From: Escherichia coli
Lineage (GTDB): Bacteria; Pseudomonadota; Gammaproteobacteria; Enterobacterales; Enterobacteriaceae
Length of the DNA stretch: 64,000 nucleotides
Reading direction: 5' to 3' (one strand)
Assembly (NCBI RefSeq): GCF_044324875.1
Contig: NZ_CP172185.1
Below, piece by piece: positions 1 to 10,977 of the stretch. The notes beneath the pieces were generated by a model. The model saw only the letters and a program-made list of their open reading frames with translations, searched no databases and had not been told where the DNA came from. The stretch's first letter is position 1; every line of letters begins with the position of its first letter. The translations under genes and the position numbers were made by a program.

Positions 1-1
1 C

Positions 2-541
2 ATTTTCTAAAGGCAAAAAGCCTTTGCGTGGAGAGGCAGATGTCATGGCGTCGCAGTGTTCCAGCACCAGTTTGCACGGCCAGTCCCAACTGGCGATTTC
101 TTTTAACGAGCGGGCAAAAGCATCCGTCGCTTGTATAACATTAGGATTCGTTGCTAACGGTGCAGCCTGGATCTCCAGTGCGAGAACTTTATTGGCCTGC
201 AATGAGTTGATTTTATTTAATAAGTGTCGATAGTACGCCACGCAGGCCTTGCGTTGTTCTTCATCGCTGGAGGCGAGACCAAAGCCGTTGTTTTCGCTGC
301 GGCGACGCATGGTTTCCATCACTGCGGTGACGACAAATTTCCAGCTCTCTGGCGTATGACGGAGTAACCATTGATCGCCAAGAGGGTGGAAATTTTCCAG
401 GCAGGGTTGTTCCAGACCGCGAATATCAGGGGTATCTGATAATTGTCGCCAGAATTCCTTCTCTTCCTCTTCACTTCTTTGATGAAAAGAAGGTGCACAG
501 GGATACGCACCGATAATATAACCGGCATTATTCGCTTTCAT
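2..541 (-). CDS. hypothetical protein, N-terminal 180 codons only (3' end lies beyond window start)
   Basis: Own translation: ATG at 541..539, open to the window edge with no stop; begins [34 protein letters not shown]. Sits 23 bp downstream of yiaL on the same strand. Hydrophilic, so not the TRAP small permease (yiaM) expected here from the K-12 layout. Not in the ORF track because it has no stop. Confidence 0.5.
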   Translation of the reverse strand, partial: MKANNAGYIIGAYPCAPSFHQRSEEEEKEFWRQLSDTPDIRGLEQPCLENFHPLGDQWLLRHTPESWKFVVTAVMETMRRRSENNGFGLASSDEEQRKACVAYYRHLLNKINSLQANKVLALEIQAAPLATNPNVIQATDAFARSLKEIASWDWPCKLVLEHCDAMTSASPRKGFLPLEN

Positions 542-564
542 TTTGTGCTCCAGTAATAACTTTT

Positions 565-1032
<468 letters not shown>

Positions 1033-1040
1033 TTATCTCC

Positions 1041-2039
1041 TTATAACGCCTGGATTTTTGCCCACACGCTGTCATCAACCGTAATGCCGTTACGGCGGTT
1101 TTCGGCCAGCAGGGTAGTAAATTCGTGGCCGGGTAATCGAATGGCCTGATTTTCGTCAGCGCGTTCAGCGGTGGTAACGTAATCCATGATGCGTTGCAGC
1201 TTGGCATCGCGGGTGGCACCGTCGATAAGCTTGTCCACTTCAATGGCAATAAAAATTTGTGAAATGCCGTATTCGTCGCTGTTGTCCTGGGTGACTTCGG
1301 CAACCGATGCGCCGTCAGAAAGGAGAGTGGCGATCATATCCAGCACAATCGACATGCCCGAACCTTTCCAGTAACCCATCGGCAAAATTCGGCGATTTTT
1401 CTCGATAACGCCAGGTTCTTTGGTCAAATTACCCTCATCATCAAAGCCACCATCTACCGGGAGCTGACGACCTGCCAGACGGTTAACTTCTAACATGCCG
1501 TAGGAAAACATCGACATCGACATATCGACAATGGTGATTGGGGTAGAAGGAATGGCGACGATCAGCGGGTTAGTGCCGATGCGACACTCTTTTGCGCCCC
1601 ACGGCGGCATTACGGCAATGGAGTTGGTCCAGCAAATACCAATATAGCCTTTTTCCGCCGCTTGCCAGCCGTAGCTACCACCGCGCATCCAGTGGTTGGC
1701 ATTACGTAGTGCCACCAGACCAATACCGTGATCGGCAGCCAGTTCAATGGCGCGATCCATCATCTTTTTCGCCGTCAGATTGCCGATCGAACGCTGGGCG
1801 TCCCACTGTTCAATTGCGCCAAGGCTGGTTATACGTTTGGGTTGGGCATCAGGAATGATATCGCCGTTTTCCAGCTGTTGAATGAAACGAGGGAAACGAT
1901 TAACGCCGTGAGAATAAACGCCGGATTCGGTGGTGCGGGCGAACATCTCTGCACAGGCGTCAGCCGTTTCACTGTCAACGCCGCGTGAAATTAAGACTCG
2001 ATTAAAGGCTGCTTTTAACTGCTCAAATGTCACTTTCAT
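1041..2039 (-). CDS. yiaK: 2,3-diketo-L-gulonate reductase
   Basis: 332-aa [36 protein letters not shown]..., recognised as YiaK; divergent from yiaJ. Confidence 0.9.
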   Translation of the reverse strand: MKVTFEQLKAAFNRVLISRGVDSETADACAEMFARTTESGVYSHGVNRFPRFIQQLENGDIIPDAQPKRITSLGAIEQWDAQRSIGNLTAKKMMDRAIELAADHGIGLVALRNANHWMRGGSYGWQAAEKGYIGICWTNSIAVMPPWGAKECRIGTNPLIVAIPSTPITIVDMSMSMFSYGMLEVNRLAGRQLPVDGGFDDEGNLTKEPGVIEKNRRILPMGYWKGSGMSIVLDMIATLLSDGASVAEVTQDNSDEYGISQIFIAIEVDKLIDGATRDAKLQRIMDYVTTAERADENQAIRLPGHEFTTLLAENRRNGITVDDSVWAKIQAL

Positions 2040-2240
2040 CCCTGGCTTCCTTGTTTTTTTTGATCGCTTTTTTGGCTTAAAATTTCAATATGCGAAATCT
2101 GATTTCAAATATATCGATCGCTTTTTAACAAAGCAATCTGATTGATGAATTTCAAAAAACTTAAAAATCAAGTGGTTATAAATTATCTGTCGAGATCGTG
2201 AACTACGACACACTTTGCGCTACCATCAGGACGCGACAAA

Positions 2241-3089
2241 ATGGGGAAAGAAGTGATGGGAAAAAAAGAGAACGAGATGGCGCAGGCAAAAGAGCGTCCA
2301 GCCGGAAGCCAGAGTCTGTTTCGCGGGTTGATGCTGATTGAGATTTTGAGCAACTATCCAAACGGTTGTCCGTTGGCGCATCTTTCGGAGCTGGCTGGTT
2401 TAAATAAGAGTACCGTCCATCGCTTATTGCAGGGATTACAGTCCTGCGGCTATGTGACCACCGCGCCCGCCGCAGGGAGTTACCGCCTGACTACCAAATT
2501 CATTGCCGTCGGGCAGAAGGCGCTGTCTTCGCTGAATATCATTCATATCGCCGCTCCGCATCTTGAGGCACTGAACATCGCCACTGGTGAAACCATTAAC
2601 TTCTCCAGCCGCGAAGACGATCACGCTATTTTGATTTATAAGCTGGAACCCACAACCGGGATGCTGCGAACTCGTGCCTATATAGGCCAGCATATGCCGC
2701 TCTACTGTTCCGCAATGGGCAAGATCTACATGGCGTTTGGTCACCCGGACTACGTGAAGTCATACTGGGAAAGCCATCAGCAAGAGATCCAGCCGTTAAC
2801 CCGCAATACCATTACCGAGCTGCCTGCGATGTTCGACGAACTGGCGCACATTCGTGAAAGCGGAGCGGCGATGGACAGAGAAGAAAACGAACTCGGCGTC
2901 TCCTGTATTGCTGTTCCGGTGTTTGATATTCATGGGCGGGTGCCGTACGCCGTGTCGATTTCTCTTTCGACATCACGTCTGAAACAGGTGGGGGAGAAAA
3001 ATCTCCTGAAACCACTGCGTGAAACCGCGCAGGCTATTTCTAATGAACTGGGATTTACTGTCAGGGACGACCAGGGCGCGATCACATAA
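2241..3089 (+). CDS. yiaJ: IclR-family transcriptional repressor of the yiaK operon
   Basis: 282-aa ORF with an IclR-type HTH (…LNKSTVHRLLQGL…) and effector domain; divergent from yiaK. Confidence 0.9.
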   Translation: MGKEVMGKKENEMAQAKERPAGSQSLFRGLMLIEILSNYPNGCPLAHLSELAGLNKSTVHRLLQGLQSCGYVTTAPAAGSYRLTTKFIAVGQKALSSLNIIHIAAPHLEALNIATGETINFSSREDDHAILIYKLEPTTGMLRTRAYIGQHMPLYCSAMGKIYMAFGHPDYVKSYWESHQQEIQPLTRNTITELPAMFDELAHIRESGAAMDREENELGVSCIAVPVFDIHGRVPYAVSISLSTSRLKQVGEKNLLKPLRETAQAISNELGFTVRDDQGAIT

Positions 3090-3190
3090 CGCTTTAGACA
3101 AGTGCCAAAACTTTAACATTTCCTTCGTTGGATCAAAGCAGTAGAGACGCGCTCTCTGGCACTCTGCTGTTTTAGTGCAAAGGAGTGATC

Positions 3191-3675
3191 ATGAACCGGT
3201 TTATTATTGCGGATGCGACGAAATGTATCGGTTGCCGTACCTGTGAAGTGGCTTGCGCAGTGTCGCATCAGGAGAATCAGGATTGCGCTGCGTTGTCACC
3301 AGACGAGTTTATTTCCCGTATTCGTGTTATTAAAGACCACAGCTGGACCACGGCTGGACCACGGCTGTAGCCTGCCATCAATGTGAAGATGCACCGTGCG
3401 CGAATGTCTGCCCTGTTGACGCGATAAGCCGCGAACATGGGCATATTTTCGTTGAACAATCACGTTGCATTGGCTGTAAAAGCTGTATGCTGGCTTGCCC
3501 GTTTGGTGCGATGGAGGTCGTTTCTTCGCGCAAAAAGGCGAGGGCGATTAAGTGCGATCTGTGCTGGCATCGGGCGACGGGACCGGCCTGTGTTGAAGCC
3601 TGCCCGACAAAGGCGTTGCAGTGCATGGATGTCGAGAAAGTGCAGCGACATCGGCTACGGCAGCAGCCTGTTTGA
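3191..3675 (+). pseudogene. ysaA: 4Fe-4S ferredoxin-type protein YsaA, frameshifted by an 11-bp tandem duplication
   Basis: RBS aggag then ATG 3191. Frame 2 (MNRFIIADATKCIGCRTCEVACAVSHQ…) stops at TAG 3368..3370; the C-terminal part continues in frame 1 to 3675 (…CPFGAMEVVSSRKKARAIKCDLCWHRATGPACVEACPTKALQC…). ctggaccacgg occurs twice in tandem at 3343..3364; deleting one copy gives a 157-codon ORF. Confidence 0.8.
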
Positions 3676-3714
3676 AACGTTTTTCCGGCGTTTCTCAACG
3701 CAGGGATAGTGCGC

Positions 3715-3830
3715 TTTGTTTATGCCGGATGCGGCTAAAACGCCTTATCCGGCCTACAAATTCTACCAAATTCAATATATTGCAGAAATCATGTAGGCCT
3801 GATAAGCGTAGCGCATCAGGCAATTTTTAG
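3715..3830. repeat. REP/BIME palindromic repeat cluster
   Basis: Inverted GC-rich palindromes of REP type (gccggatgcggc…, ccttatccggcctac…, gtaggcctgataagcg…cgcatcaggc) between the convergent ysaA and avtA. Confidence 0.7.
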
Positions 3831-5080
3831 TGACTTTCAGCCCAGGCTCTTTCTATCTCTTCTGCCAGAATCTTCACACCCGCCTCAATTTTCTCCGGCT
3901 CCGGCACGTAGTTCATGCGCATACATTGATGTGTATGTGGCCACGGTTTATCCAGCCCTGGGAAGAAGTTGTGCCCCGGCACCATCAGCACGCCCCGTGC
4001 TTTCAGGCGCTGGTAGAGCTGCTCGGTCGTAATTGGCAAATCCTTAAACCATAGCCAGAGGAAAATGGCTCCTTCGGGTTTATGAATCAGGCAGCGATCT
4101 TCCGGTAAATAGCGGCGAATGATAGCGATAGTTTCCTGAACACGCTGGTAGTAAAACGGTTTGATGACTGTTTCAGACAGGCGCAGCAGATCGTTACGCT
4201 TAATCATTTCACACATCATCGCCGGACCAATACCGCCAGGTGCCAGGCTGATAATGCCGTTCATATTGGTGATGGCGGTGATGATTTTTTCATTGGCGAT
4301 GATAATGCCGCAGCGGGAGCCAGGTAGCCCCAGCTTGGAAAGACTCATGCACAGTACGATATTCGGATTCCACAGCGGGCGCGCTTCGCTGAAGATGATA
4401 CCCGGGAACGGGACGCCATAAGCGTTATCAATCACCAGCGGAATGCCGTGTTGATTCGCCAGCGCGTCAAGCTTCAGCAACTCTTCGTCAGTAATCACAT
4501 TGCCTGTTGGATTCGTCGGCCGGGAGACGCAAATCATCCCGGTTTCTTCGCCAATATGCAGATGCTCAAAATCGACGTGGTATTTAAACTGGCCTTCCGG
4601 CAGCAGTTCAATATTCGGACGTGCAGAGACAAACAGATCTTCTTCCAGTCCGGCGTCAGCGTATCCAATGTATTCCGGTGCCAGCGGAAACAGCACTTTT
4701 TTGACCCGACCGTCGGCACGGCGTCCGGCGAACAGATTAAATAAGTAGAAAAACGCGCTCTGGCTGCCGTTTGTTAGTGCAATATTCTGTGGTTCGATAT
4801 CCCAACCCAACTTCTCGCGCAGCATTCCGGCAAGCAGTGTGAGTAGCTCCGTTTTCCCCTGTGGACCGTCGTAATTGCACAGTGCATCAGTCGCTTTGCC
4901 ACTTTCCAGCATGTCGGTCAGTAGCGTCTGGAAGTAGTCCTGCATTTCCGGGATCTGCGCTGGATTACCGCCGCCGAGCATAATCGCGCCAGGCGTGCGT
5001 AAACCGTCGTTCAGATCTTCCATCAGCAGCGTAATGCCGGAGTGGCGGGTAAATTTGTCACCAAAAAGGGAGAATGTCAT
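3827..5080 (-). CDS. avtA: valine-pyruvate aminotransferase
   Basis: ORF 3827..5185; the internal Met at 5080 gives the 417-aa protein MTFSLFGDKFTRHSGITLLMEDLNDGLRTPGAIMLGGGNPAQIP… recognised as AvtA. Confidence 0.9.
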   Translation of the reverse strand: MTFSLFGDKFTRHSGITLLMEDLNDGLRTPGAIMLGGGNPAQIPEMQDYFQTLLTDMLESGKATDALCNYDGPQGKTELLTLLAGMLREKLGWDIEPQNIALTNGSQSAFFYLFNLFAGRRADGRVKKVLFPLAPEYIGYADAGLEEDLFVSARPNIELLPEGQFKYHVDFEHLHIGEETGMICVSRPTNPTGNVITDEELLKLDALANQHGIPLVIDNAYGVPFPGIIFSEARPLWNPNIVLCMSLSKLGLPGSRCGIIIANEKIITAITNMNGIISLAPGGIGPAMMCEMIKRNDLLRLSETVIKPFYYQRVQETIAIIRRYLPEDRCLIHKPEGAIFLWLWFKDLPITTEQLYQRLKARGVLMVPGHNFFPGLDKPWPHTHQCMRMNYVPEPEKIEAGVKILAEEIERAWAESH

Positions 5081-5257
5081 AGCGGGATATCTGTCGAACT
5101 CTGTAGCAAGGAAGGTAACAATAACGCTACATTTGCTGGGGTGCAAATCGGTCTGTTGAAGAGTGAGCGGCGATTTATCCTGCAACGCTGATTAGGCCTG
5201 ACATTTTATCCTGGTTAGCGGCTTCCCGAGGTACTGACGAACGGGAAGCCGGAAAAG

Positions 5258-7288
5258 TCACTGTTGCCCAGCCCAGATGACCAGCACTTTATCGTCGCCA
5301 TGCTCACGAACAAAGCCGTAGCCCTGCTTCAGCGAAAGTGTCGTTTGTTTGCCCTCGCCAATTGCGGGATGGCGGGCGCGGAACTGGCTGATTTTCTGCC
5401 AGTGCGCGACGCTGGCGGCAGATTTACCGCTAACATCCTGCCAGTTCATATCCGAACGCGTACCTTGCAGCGGATCCGAACCGGTGGGGCCGAACGGACG
5501 CGAGGATTCATCACCATAAAAGATTTGTACCGCGCCTGGCGCTAATAATAATAACTCTGCTGCTTTGTCGCCTCCTTCACGGAACAGGCGGGTATCATGC
5601 GACGAGAGGTAGCTCAACACGTTGAAATCCTGCAATTTCTCCGCCATTTGCTGCCAGGTCGTATCCATCTGCGCCAGACAATCGACTGCTTTAGCCGCCT
5701 GCTCCTGATAATCGAAATTGATCATCGCATCGAAGCCGTGGCGATAGTAGTCACTTTGCATCACGACGTGGCCCCAGGCTTCACCGGTCATCCAGAACGG
5801 TTTGTCATCTAATGCTTTATCGGGGTTAGCTTTTTTCCATTCGCGAAGCGCGGCGCAGGCTTCGGTTTTCAGTTGCTGCCAGGCGGGCAACTCAACATGT
5901 TTGGCGGTGTCGACCCGAAAACCATCAATCCCATAGTCGCGGACCCACTGACTTAACCAGTGGGTTAAGTAATCGCGAGGGGTAAAGCCGTCGATGACTT
6001 TAGCGTGGGTATCCGTTTTGTTTTTATAGAACACCGGCAGACCAGAAGCGGTCGTTGATTCGGTTTTGATATCCGGCAAAAAGGCCAGCGACATAGTGAG
6101 ATCGTCGAATCCAGGATTGTCGTAATCGCCGATATCGGTTCTGATCCAGTTTTTTCCCCACCATTTATCCCAGCCTGTTTTGTCGCTGAAATTAATGTAA
6201 TCGTTAAAGCTATGCCAGGTTTGCCCGGCGGCAGGTTTCCAGTCGCTCCAGCGTTCACCCAACGTTTTTTTCACTTCGTCACCAGAAAGATATAACGCGC
6301 CAAACTGATACTCCTGCATATCCGCCAGCGTGGCATAGCCAGTGTGGTTCATCACGACATCAAAGAGAATACGAATACCGCGCTGATGCGCGCTATCAAC
6401 CAGCGTCCGTAGATCGGCTTCGCTGCCCATATTGGCATCAAGATTCGTCCAGTCCTGTGTGTAATAACCGTGGTAGGCATAATGCGGGAAATCACCTTTT
6501 GTACCGCCGCCGACCCAGCCGTGAATTTGCTCAAATGGGGCGCTTATCCATAAAGCATTAACGCCCAACTGCTGGAGGTAATCCAGTTTGTTGGTCAGGC
6601 CGCGTAAATCGCCGCCGTGAAAAGTGCCAATTTCTGCCATACCGTCTTTATGACGTCCGTAACTCTGGTCATTACTGGGATCGCCGTTTTCGAAACGATC
6701 TGTCAGCACAAAGTAAACTGTGGCGTTATGCCAGTCAAAAGGGGCAGGGGCGTCAGTTTCTGCCCGTTCCAGCAGGAGTAAACCGTTGCTGGTGGCAGCG
6801 GGTTGTAACGTTATTTGACCGTTCTTCACTATCGCAATTTGCTGGCTGTAATAATCCCGTACGGCGGCTCCTTCCGGGAAAGTGGCGCTGACATCCAGTG
6901 TGAGCGGTAATCCATCCCATTTCGGGCATTCACGGACCAGGCTTGCTACCGGTTCGACGGCGTTCTGGATGGAAATCATCAATGTTGGTGTACCGGAGCG
7001 GGTGTCTAGTTGCAGCGTATATTCGCCGTCCCTGAACAATCGCCATTGAGGCGGCGTGTTGCTACAAGGTTGCAGGGAAAGCATCTGATTGAGTTTTATC
7101 GCATCCGCAGGCTGCCAGCACTGTTGGTCAAAATTTAGCGTTAGTGGACGCGTACCTTTGGGCAACTGTGCGTGGCTGACAAATGTTCCCGTCCCCTGTT
7201 CGCTAAAGGCGGGAAACCCCGGAGAAGTCCAGCTGGCGGCAACGGCGAAGCCAGGAAGGAGCGTCAGAAAACAGGCGGCGAGTTTCAT
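5258..7288 (-). CDS. malS: periplasmic alpha-amylase
   Basis: 676-aa ORF with signal peptide MKLAACFLTLLPGFAVAA and glycoside-hydrolase-13 motifs (…GFRVDTAKH…). Confidence 0.92.
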   Translation of the reverse strand: MKLAACFLTLLPGFAVAASWTSPGFPAFSEQGTGTFVSHAQLPKGTRPLTLNFDQQCWQPADAIKLNQMLSLQPCSNTPPQWRLFRDGEYTLQLDTRSGTPTLMISIQNAVEPVASLVRECPKWDGLPLTLDVSATFPEGAAVRDYYSQQIAIVKNGQITLQPAATSNGLLLLERAETDAPAPFDWHNATVYFVLTDRFENGDPSNDQSYGRHKDGMAEIGTFHGGDLRGLTNKLDYLQQLGVNALWISAPFEQIHGWVGGGTKGDFPHYAYHGYYTQDWTNLDANMGSEADLRTLVDSAHQRGIRILFDVVMNHTGYATLADMQEYQFGALYLSGDEVKKTLGERWSDWKPAAGQTWHSFNDYINFSDKTGWDKWWGKNWIRTDIGDYDNPGFDDLTMSLAFLPDIKTESTTASGLPVFYKNKTDTHAKVIDGFTPRDYLTHWLSQWVRDYGIDGFRVDTAKHVELPAWQQLKTEACAALREWKKANPDKALDDKPFWMTGEAWGHVVMQSDYYRHGFDAMINFDYQEQAAKAVDCLAQMDTTWQQMAEKLQDFNVLSYLSSHDTRLFREGGDKAAELLLLAPGAVQIFYGDESSRPFGPTGSDPLQGTRSDMNWQDVSGKSAASVAHWQKISQFRARHPAIGEGKQTTLSLKQGYGFVREHGDDKVLVIWAGQQ

Positions 7289-7607
7289 GGTGAATGAGTC
7301 CTTATTGCTGCGATTTCAGACAGTTTGCCAGCGATAAGCCAGACAAAACTCATCCCTGAGCGGTAAGTCCACAGGATGAGAAGCAAGGGTGAGCGATCGC
7401 GCGCAAAAAACGGCTGAATTTTGCGATAAACCCCACATTTTCTGCGATTTAGCGCCAATCTGAATCGTTAACTCGTGACATAGTTTCAGATTTGGACTAT
7501 TCCTTGGGGTGCTCTTGACAGCTATTTTTGATATGATTTGAGATTCAACTCTCAAATTTGTGAAAAATATAAGGTGTTGGAATGATTAAATCCGACCAGG
7601 AGACCTG

Positions 7608-8432
7608 ATGATTTTGACTCCCATACGACGATATGGGGCGATGATTCTTATGTTACTCACTCTGGTGTTTTCGAGTGAGGTGTTAGCGAAGACGCACACA
7701 ACAACAGCGAGTCAAAAGTCCCACTTAACTAAAGCTAGTAATAAACAGGTAAGCAGTAAACAAGAGTATTCTCGCAATAGTGCAAAGAGTAGTTCACTTC
7801 CTGATTTGCGAAAATACCCTTCCGGAACACCAAGGAAAAAGGCGTTTCTCCGGACCGTAATGCCTTACATTACCAGCCAAAATGCAGCCATTACTGCGGA
7901 ACGTAACTGGCTGATTTCAAAACAGTATCAGGGCCAATGGTCACCTGCTGAGCGTGCGCGTCTGAAAGACATCGCCAAACGCTACAAGGTGAAGTGGTCT
8001 GGTAATACGCGAAAAATCCCGTGGAATACCTTGCTCGAACGCGTAGACATTATCCCCACCAGTATGGTGGCGACGATGGCTGCAGCAGAAAGCGGTTGGG
8101 GAACGTCGAAGCTGGCGCGCAACAACAACAATCTGTTCGGCATGAAATGCATGAAAGGACGTTGTACTAATGCGCCGGGTAAAGTGAAGGGGTACTCACA
8201 GTTTAGTTCTGTCAAAGAATCGGTGAGCGCCTATGTTACTAACCTGAATACGCATCCGGCTTACTCTTCGTTCCGTAAATCGCGTGCACAGCTGCGTAAA
8301 GCGGATCAGGAAGTGACTGCCACAGCGATGATTCACAAGCTGAAGGGCTACTCGACCAAAGGGAAGAGTTATAACAACTACCTGTTCGCAATGTACCAGG
8401 ATAACCAACGGTTAATCGCGGCACATATGTAA
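7608..8432 (+). CDS. bax: Bax family glucosaminidase-like protein
   Basis: 274-aa ORF, N-terminal signal/TM segment, recognised as Bax; position between malS and xylR. Confidence 0.85.
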   Translation: MILTPIRRYGAMILMLLTLVFSSEVLAKTHTTTASQKSHLTKASNKQVSSKQEYSRNSAKSSSLPDLRKYPSGTPRKKAFLRTVMPYITSQNAAITAERNWLISKQYQGQWSPAERARLKDIAKRYKVKWSGNTRKIPWNTLLERVDIIPTSMVATMAAAESGWGTSKLARNNNNLFGMKCMKGRCTNAPGKVKGYSQFSSVKESVSAYVTNLNTHPAYSSFRKSRAQLRKADQEVTATAMIHKLKGYSTKGKSYNNYLFAMYQDNQRLIAAHM

Positions 8433-8539
8433 TTGCATTTCCTCGAGCCTTATCCGACTTGTCGGTCGGATAAGGTTTTTGCTCGCATCAGGTGATTGTG
8501 CTGGGTTACCTGATGTGACGCCGACAATTCTCATCATCG

Positions 8540-9718
8540 CTACAACATGACCTCGCTATTTACATCGCGATACTCTTTTGGCGTCGTGTCATATGCTTTT
8601 TTAAAAACAGAGTAGAAATATTGCAGCGATGGATAACCGCACATTTGCGATATCTCATTGATCGACAAGGTGGTTGAAATCAGCAGACTGCGCGCTTTCT
8701 CCAGCTTCTCGGCATGAATCATGGCATGGATGGTTTCACCCACCTCTTCTTTAAAACGCTTCTCAAGATTGGAGCGCGAGATCCCGACCGCATCGAGTAC
8801 CTGATCCACTTTAATCCCTTTACAGGCGTTATTACGAATGTAATGCATGGCCTGAATAACGGCGGGATCGGTCAGCGAGCGGTAATCTGTTGAGCGCCGT
8901 TCAATGACGCGAACTGGTGGGACCAAAATCCGCTGTAGCGGCATTTCTTCTTTATCTAATAATCGATGCAACAGTTTTGCCGCCTGATAGCCCATTTGCC
9001 GCGCGCCCTGAGCGACCGAAGAAAGGGCGACACGCGACAGATAGCGGGTCAGTTCTTCGTTATCGATGCCAATCACGCATAATTTTTCCGGTACGGGAAT
9101 GTGTAGATGTTCACATACTTGCAGAATATGCCGCGCCCGGGCGTCAGTAACGGCAATAATCCCGGTTTGCGGTGGCAGCGTTTGTAGCCAGTCTGCCAGC
9201 CGATTTTGCGCGTGTTGCCAGTTCTCTGGCGCGGTTTCTAACCCCTGATAAACCACTCCGCGATACTTTTCTTCGGCGACAAGCTGACGAAATGCATATT
9301 CGCGTTCAGTGGCCCAACGTTTACCGCTTGATTCCGGAAGACCATAAAAAGCAAAGCGGTTAACGCCTTTCTCTTTTAAATGCAAAAATGCGCTTTCAAC
9401 CAGCGCATAGTTATCGGTGGCAATGTAATGAACGGGTGGGTAACTTTCGGCAAGGTGATACGAGCCACCAACCCCAACAATGGGGACGTCGACATCAGCC
9501 AGCGCTTGCTCGATTTGTTTGTCGTCGAAGTCGGCAATGACGCCATCTCCTAACCAGTCCTTGATTTTATCAATGCGGGCGCGGAAATCTTCTTCAATGA
9601 AAATATCCCATTCCGATTGTGACGCCTGTAAATATTCCCCTACGCCTTCTACTACCTGCCGGTCATAGGCTTTATTGGCATTGAACAGTAATGTGATGCG
9701 GTGACGTTTAGTAAACAT
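8540..9718 (-). CDS. xylR: xylose operon regulator, AraC family
   Basis: 392-aa ORF with periplasmic-binding-like N-domain and C-terminal AraC HTH (…SINEISQMCGYPSLQYFYSVFKKAYDTTPKEYR…). Confidence 0.93.
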   Translation of the reverse strand: MFTKRHRITLLFNANKAYDRQVVEGVGEYLQASQSEWDIFIEEDFRARIDKIKDWLGDGVIADFDDKQIEQALADVDVPIVGVGGSYHLAESYPPVHYIATDNYALVESAFLHLKEKGVNRFAFYGLPESSGKRWATEREYAFRQLVAEEKYRGVVYQGLETAPENWQHAQNRLADWLQTLPPQTGIIAVTDARARHILQVCEHLHIPVPEKLCVIGIDNEELTRYLSRVALSSVAQGARQMGYQAAKLLHRLLDKEEMPLQRILVPPVRVIERRSTDYRSLTDPAVIQAMHYIRNNACKGIKVDQVLDAVGISRSNLEKRFKEEVGETIHAMIHAEKLEKARSLLISTTLSINEISQMCGYPSLQYFYSVFKKAYDTTPKEYRDVNSEVML

Positions 9719-9795
9719 GGTTCTTTTCCTGCTGAATCATGCAAAAACTCAAAACCGGTAATACGTTACCGGCTTTGAGAAAATTTTTATCAAAA

Positions 9796-10977
9796 TCAAG
9801 AACGGCGTTTGGTTGCGGAGTCCATCCATACTGCCAGCAACAGAATCGCACCTTTAACGATATACTGCCAGAAAGTCGGTACATCCATCATACTCATGCC
9901 GTTATCCAGTGAAGCCATGATGAATGCCCCCATTACCGCTCCGGCCACGCTCCCGACGCCGCCTGCCAGACTGGTGCCGCCAATCACGCATGCTGCAATT
10001 GCGTCCAGCTCGGCGATATTTCCCGCAGAAGGTGAACCAGCGCCAAGTCGAGAACTGAGGATTAATCCGGCGATAGCGACCATTAATCCGTTAATAGCGA
10101 ATACGGCAAGTTTGGTGCGTTCAACGTTAATCCCGGAGAGACGTGCTGCTTCCAGATTGCCGCCGATGGCATAAATGCGTCGTCCAAATGCCGTCCGCGT
10201 TGCCATAAACATTCCGCCGAGTAACAGCAACGTCAGCAGCAGAACAGGAGTGGGAACGCCACGGTAATCGTTCAACAGCCAGATTGCGCCTAAGACGATA
10301 ATCGCCGTTAATGCCTGGCGACCGACAACTGCGGTAGAGGCCGGAGACTGCAAACCCAAAGCCTGACGGCGCATTCTTCCGCGCCATTGCCAGCCAACAA
10401 AAGCCATTAAGCCAAGCGCGCCAATGATGAAGCCGGTGCTGGCGGGTAGATAGCTTTGCCCGATTTGTGACATCGCGGCGCTGGTGGGGGAAACAGTCGT
10501 GCCGTTGGTGATGCCAATGAGTATGCCGCGAAATGCCAACATGCCCGCGAGGGTGACAATAAATGAAGGGACTTTGCGGTAAGCGACCCACCATCCGTTC
10601 CAGGCACCGAGAAGCAGTCCCAGAACCAAAGTCACAATGATGGTAAGTGGCAAAGGCCAGCCTAACCAAACGTCACAAATCGCCGCGACGCCACCTAACA
10701 GCCCCATCATTGAGCCGACGGAAAGGTCGATTTCAGCAGAAATTATGACGAACACCATTCCTACCGCGAGGATGCCGGTAATCGCTGTCTGGCGTAACAG
10801 GTTGGAGACGTTACGGGCGCTTAAGTAGGCACCATCGGTGGTCCAGGTAAAGAACAGCATGATTGCGATGATAGCTGCAATCATCACGAAGACCTGCAAA
10901 TTCAGTGACTTCAGCCCGGAAAAGCCACCGGATGTCGGTACGGCCAATTTCACTTCAGACGGATTGCTTTTCGACAT
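9796..10977 (-). CDS. xylH: xylose ABC transporter permease
   Basis: 393-aa polytopic membrane ORF; starts inside the 3' end of xylG (overlap 10955..10977). Confidence 0.92.

Noticed and set aside
5081-5185. N-terminal extensions of several track ORFs (avtA 452 vs 417 aa; tag 266 vs 187 aa; xylF 356 vs 330 aa; yhjV 444 vs 423 aa; bcsB 808 vs 779 aa)
   Set aside because: The longer in-frame starts lack RBS and the internal Met coincides with the recognisable mature N-terminus or signal peptide; the shorter starts were used.
8440-8480. Palindrome ccttatccgacttgtcggtcggataagg after bax
   Set aside because: Consistent with a simple intrinsic terminator/REP-like hairpin between convergent bax and xylR; nothing further stands out.
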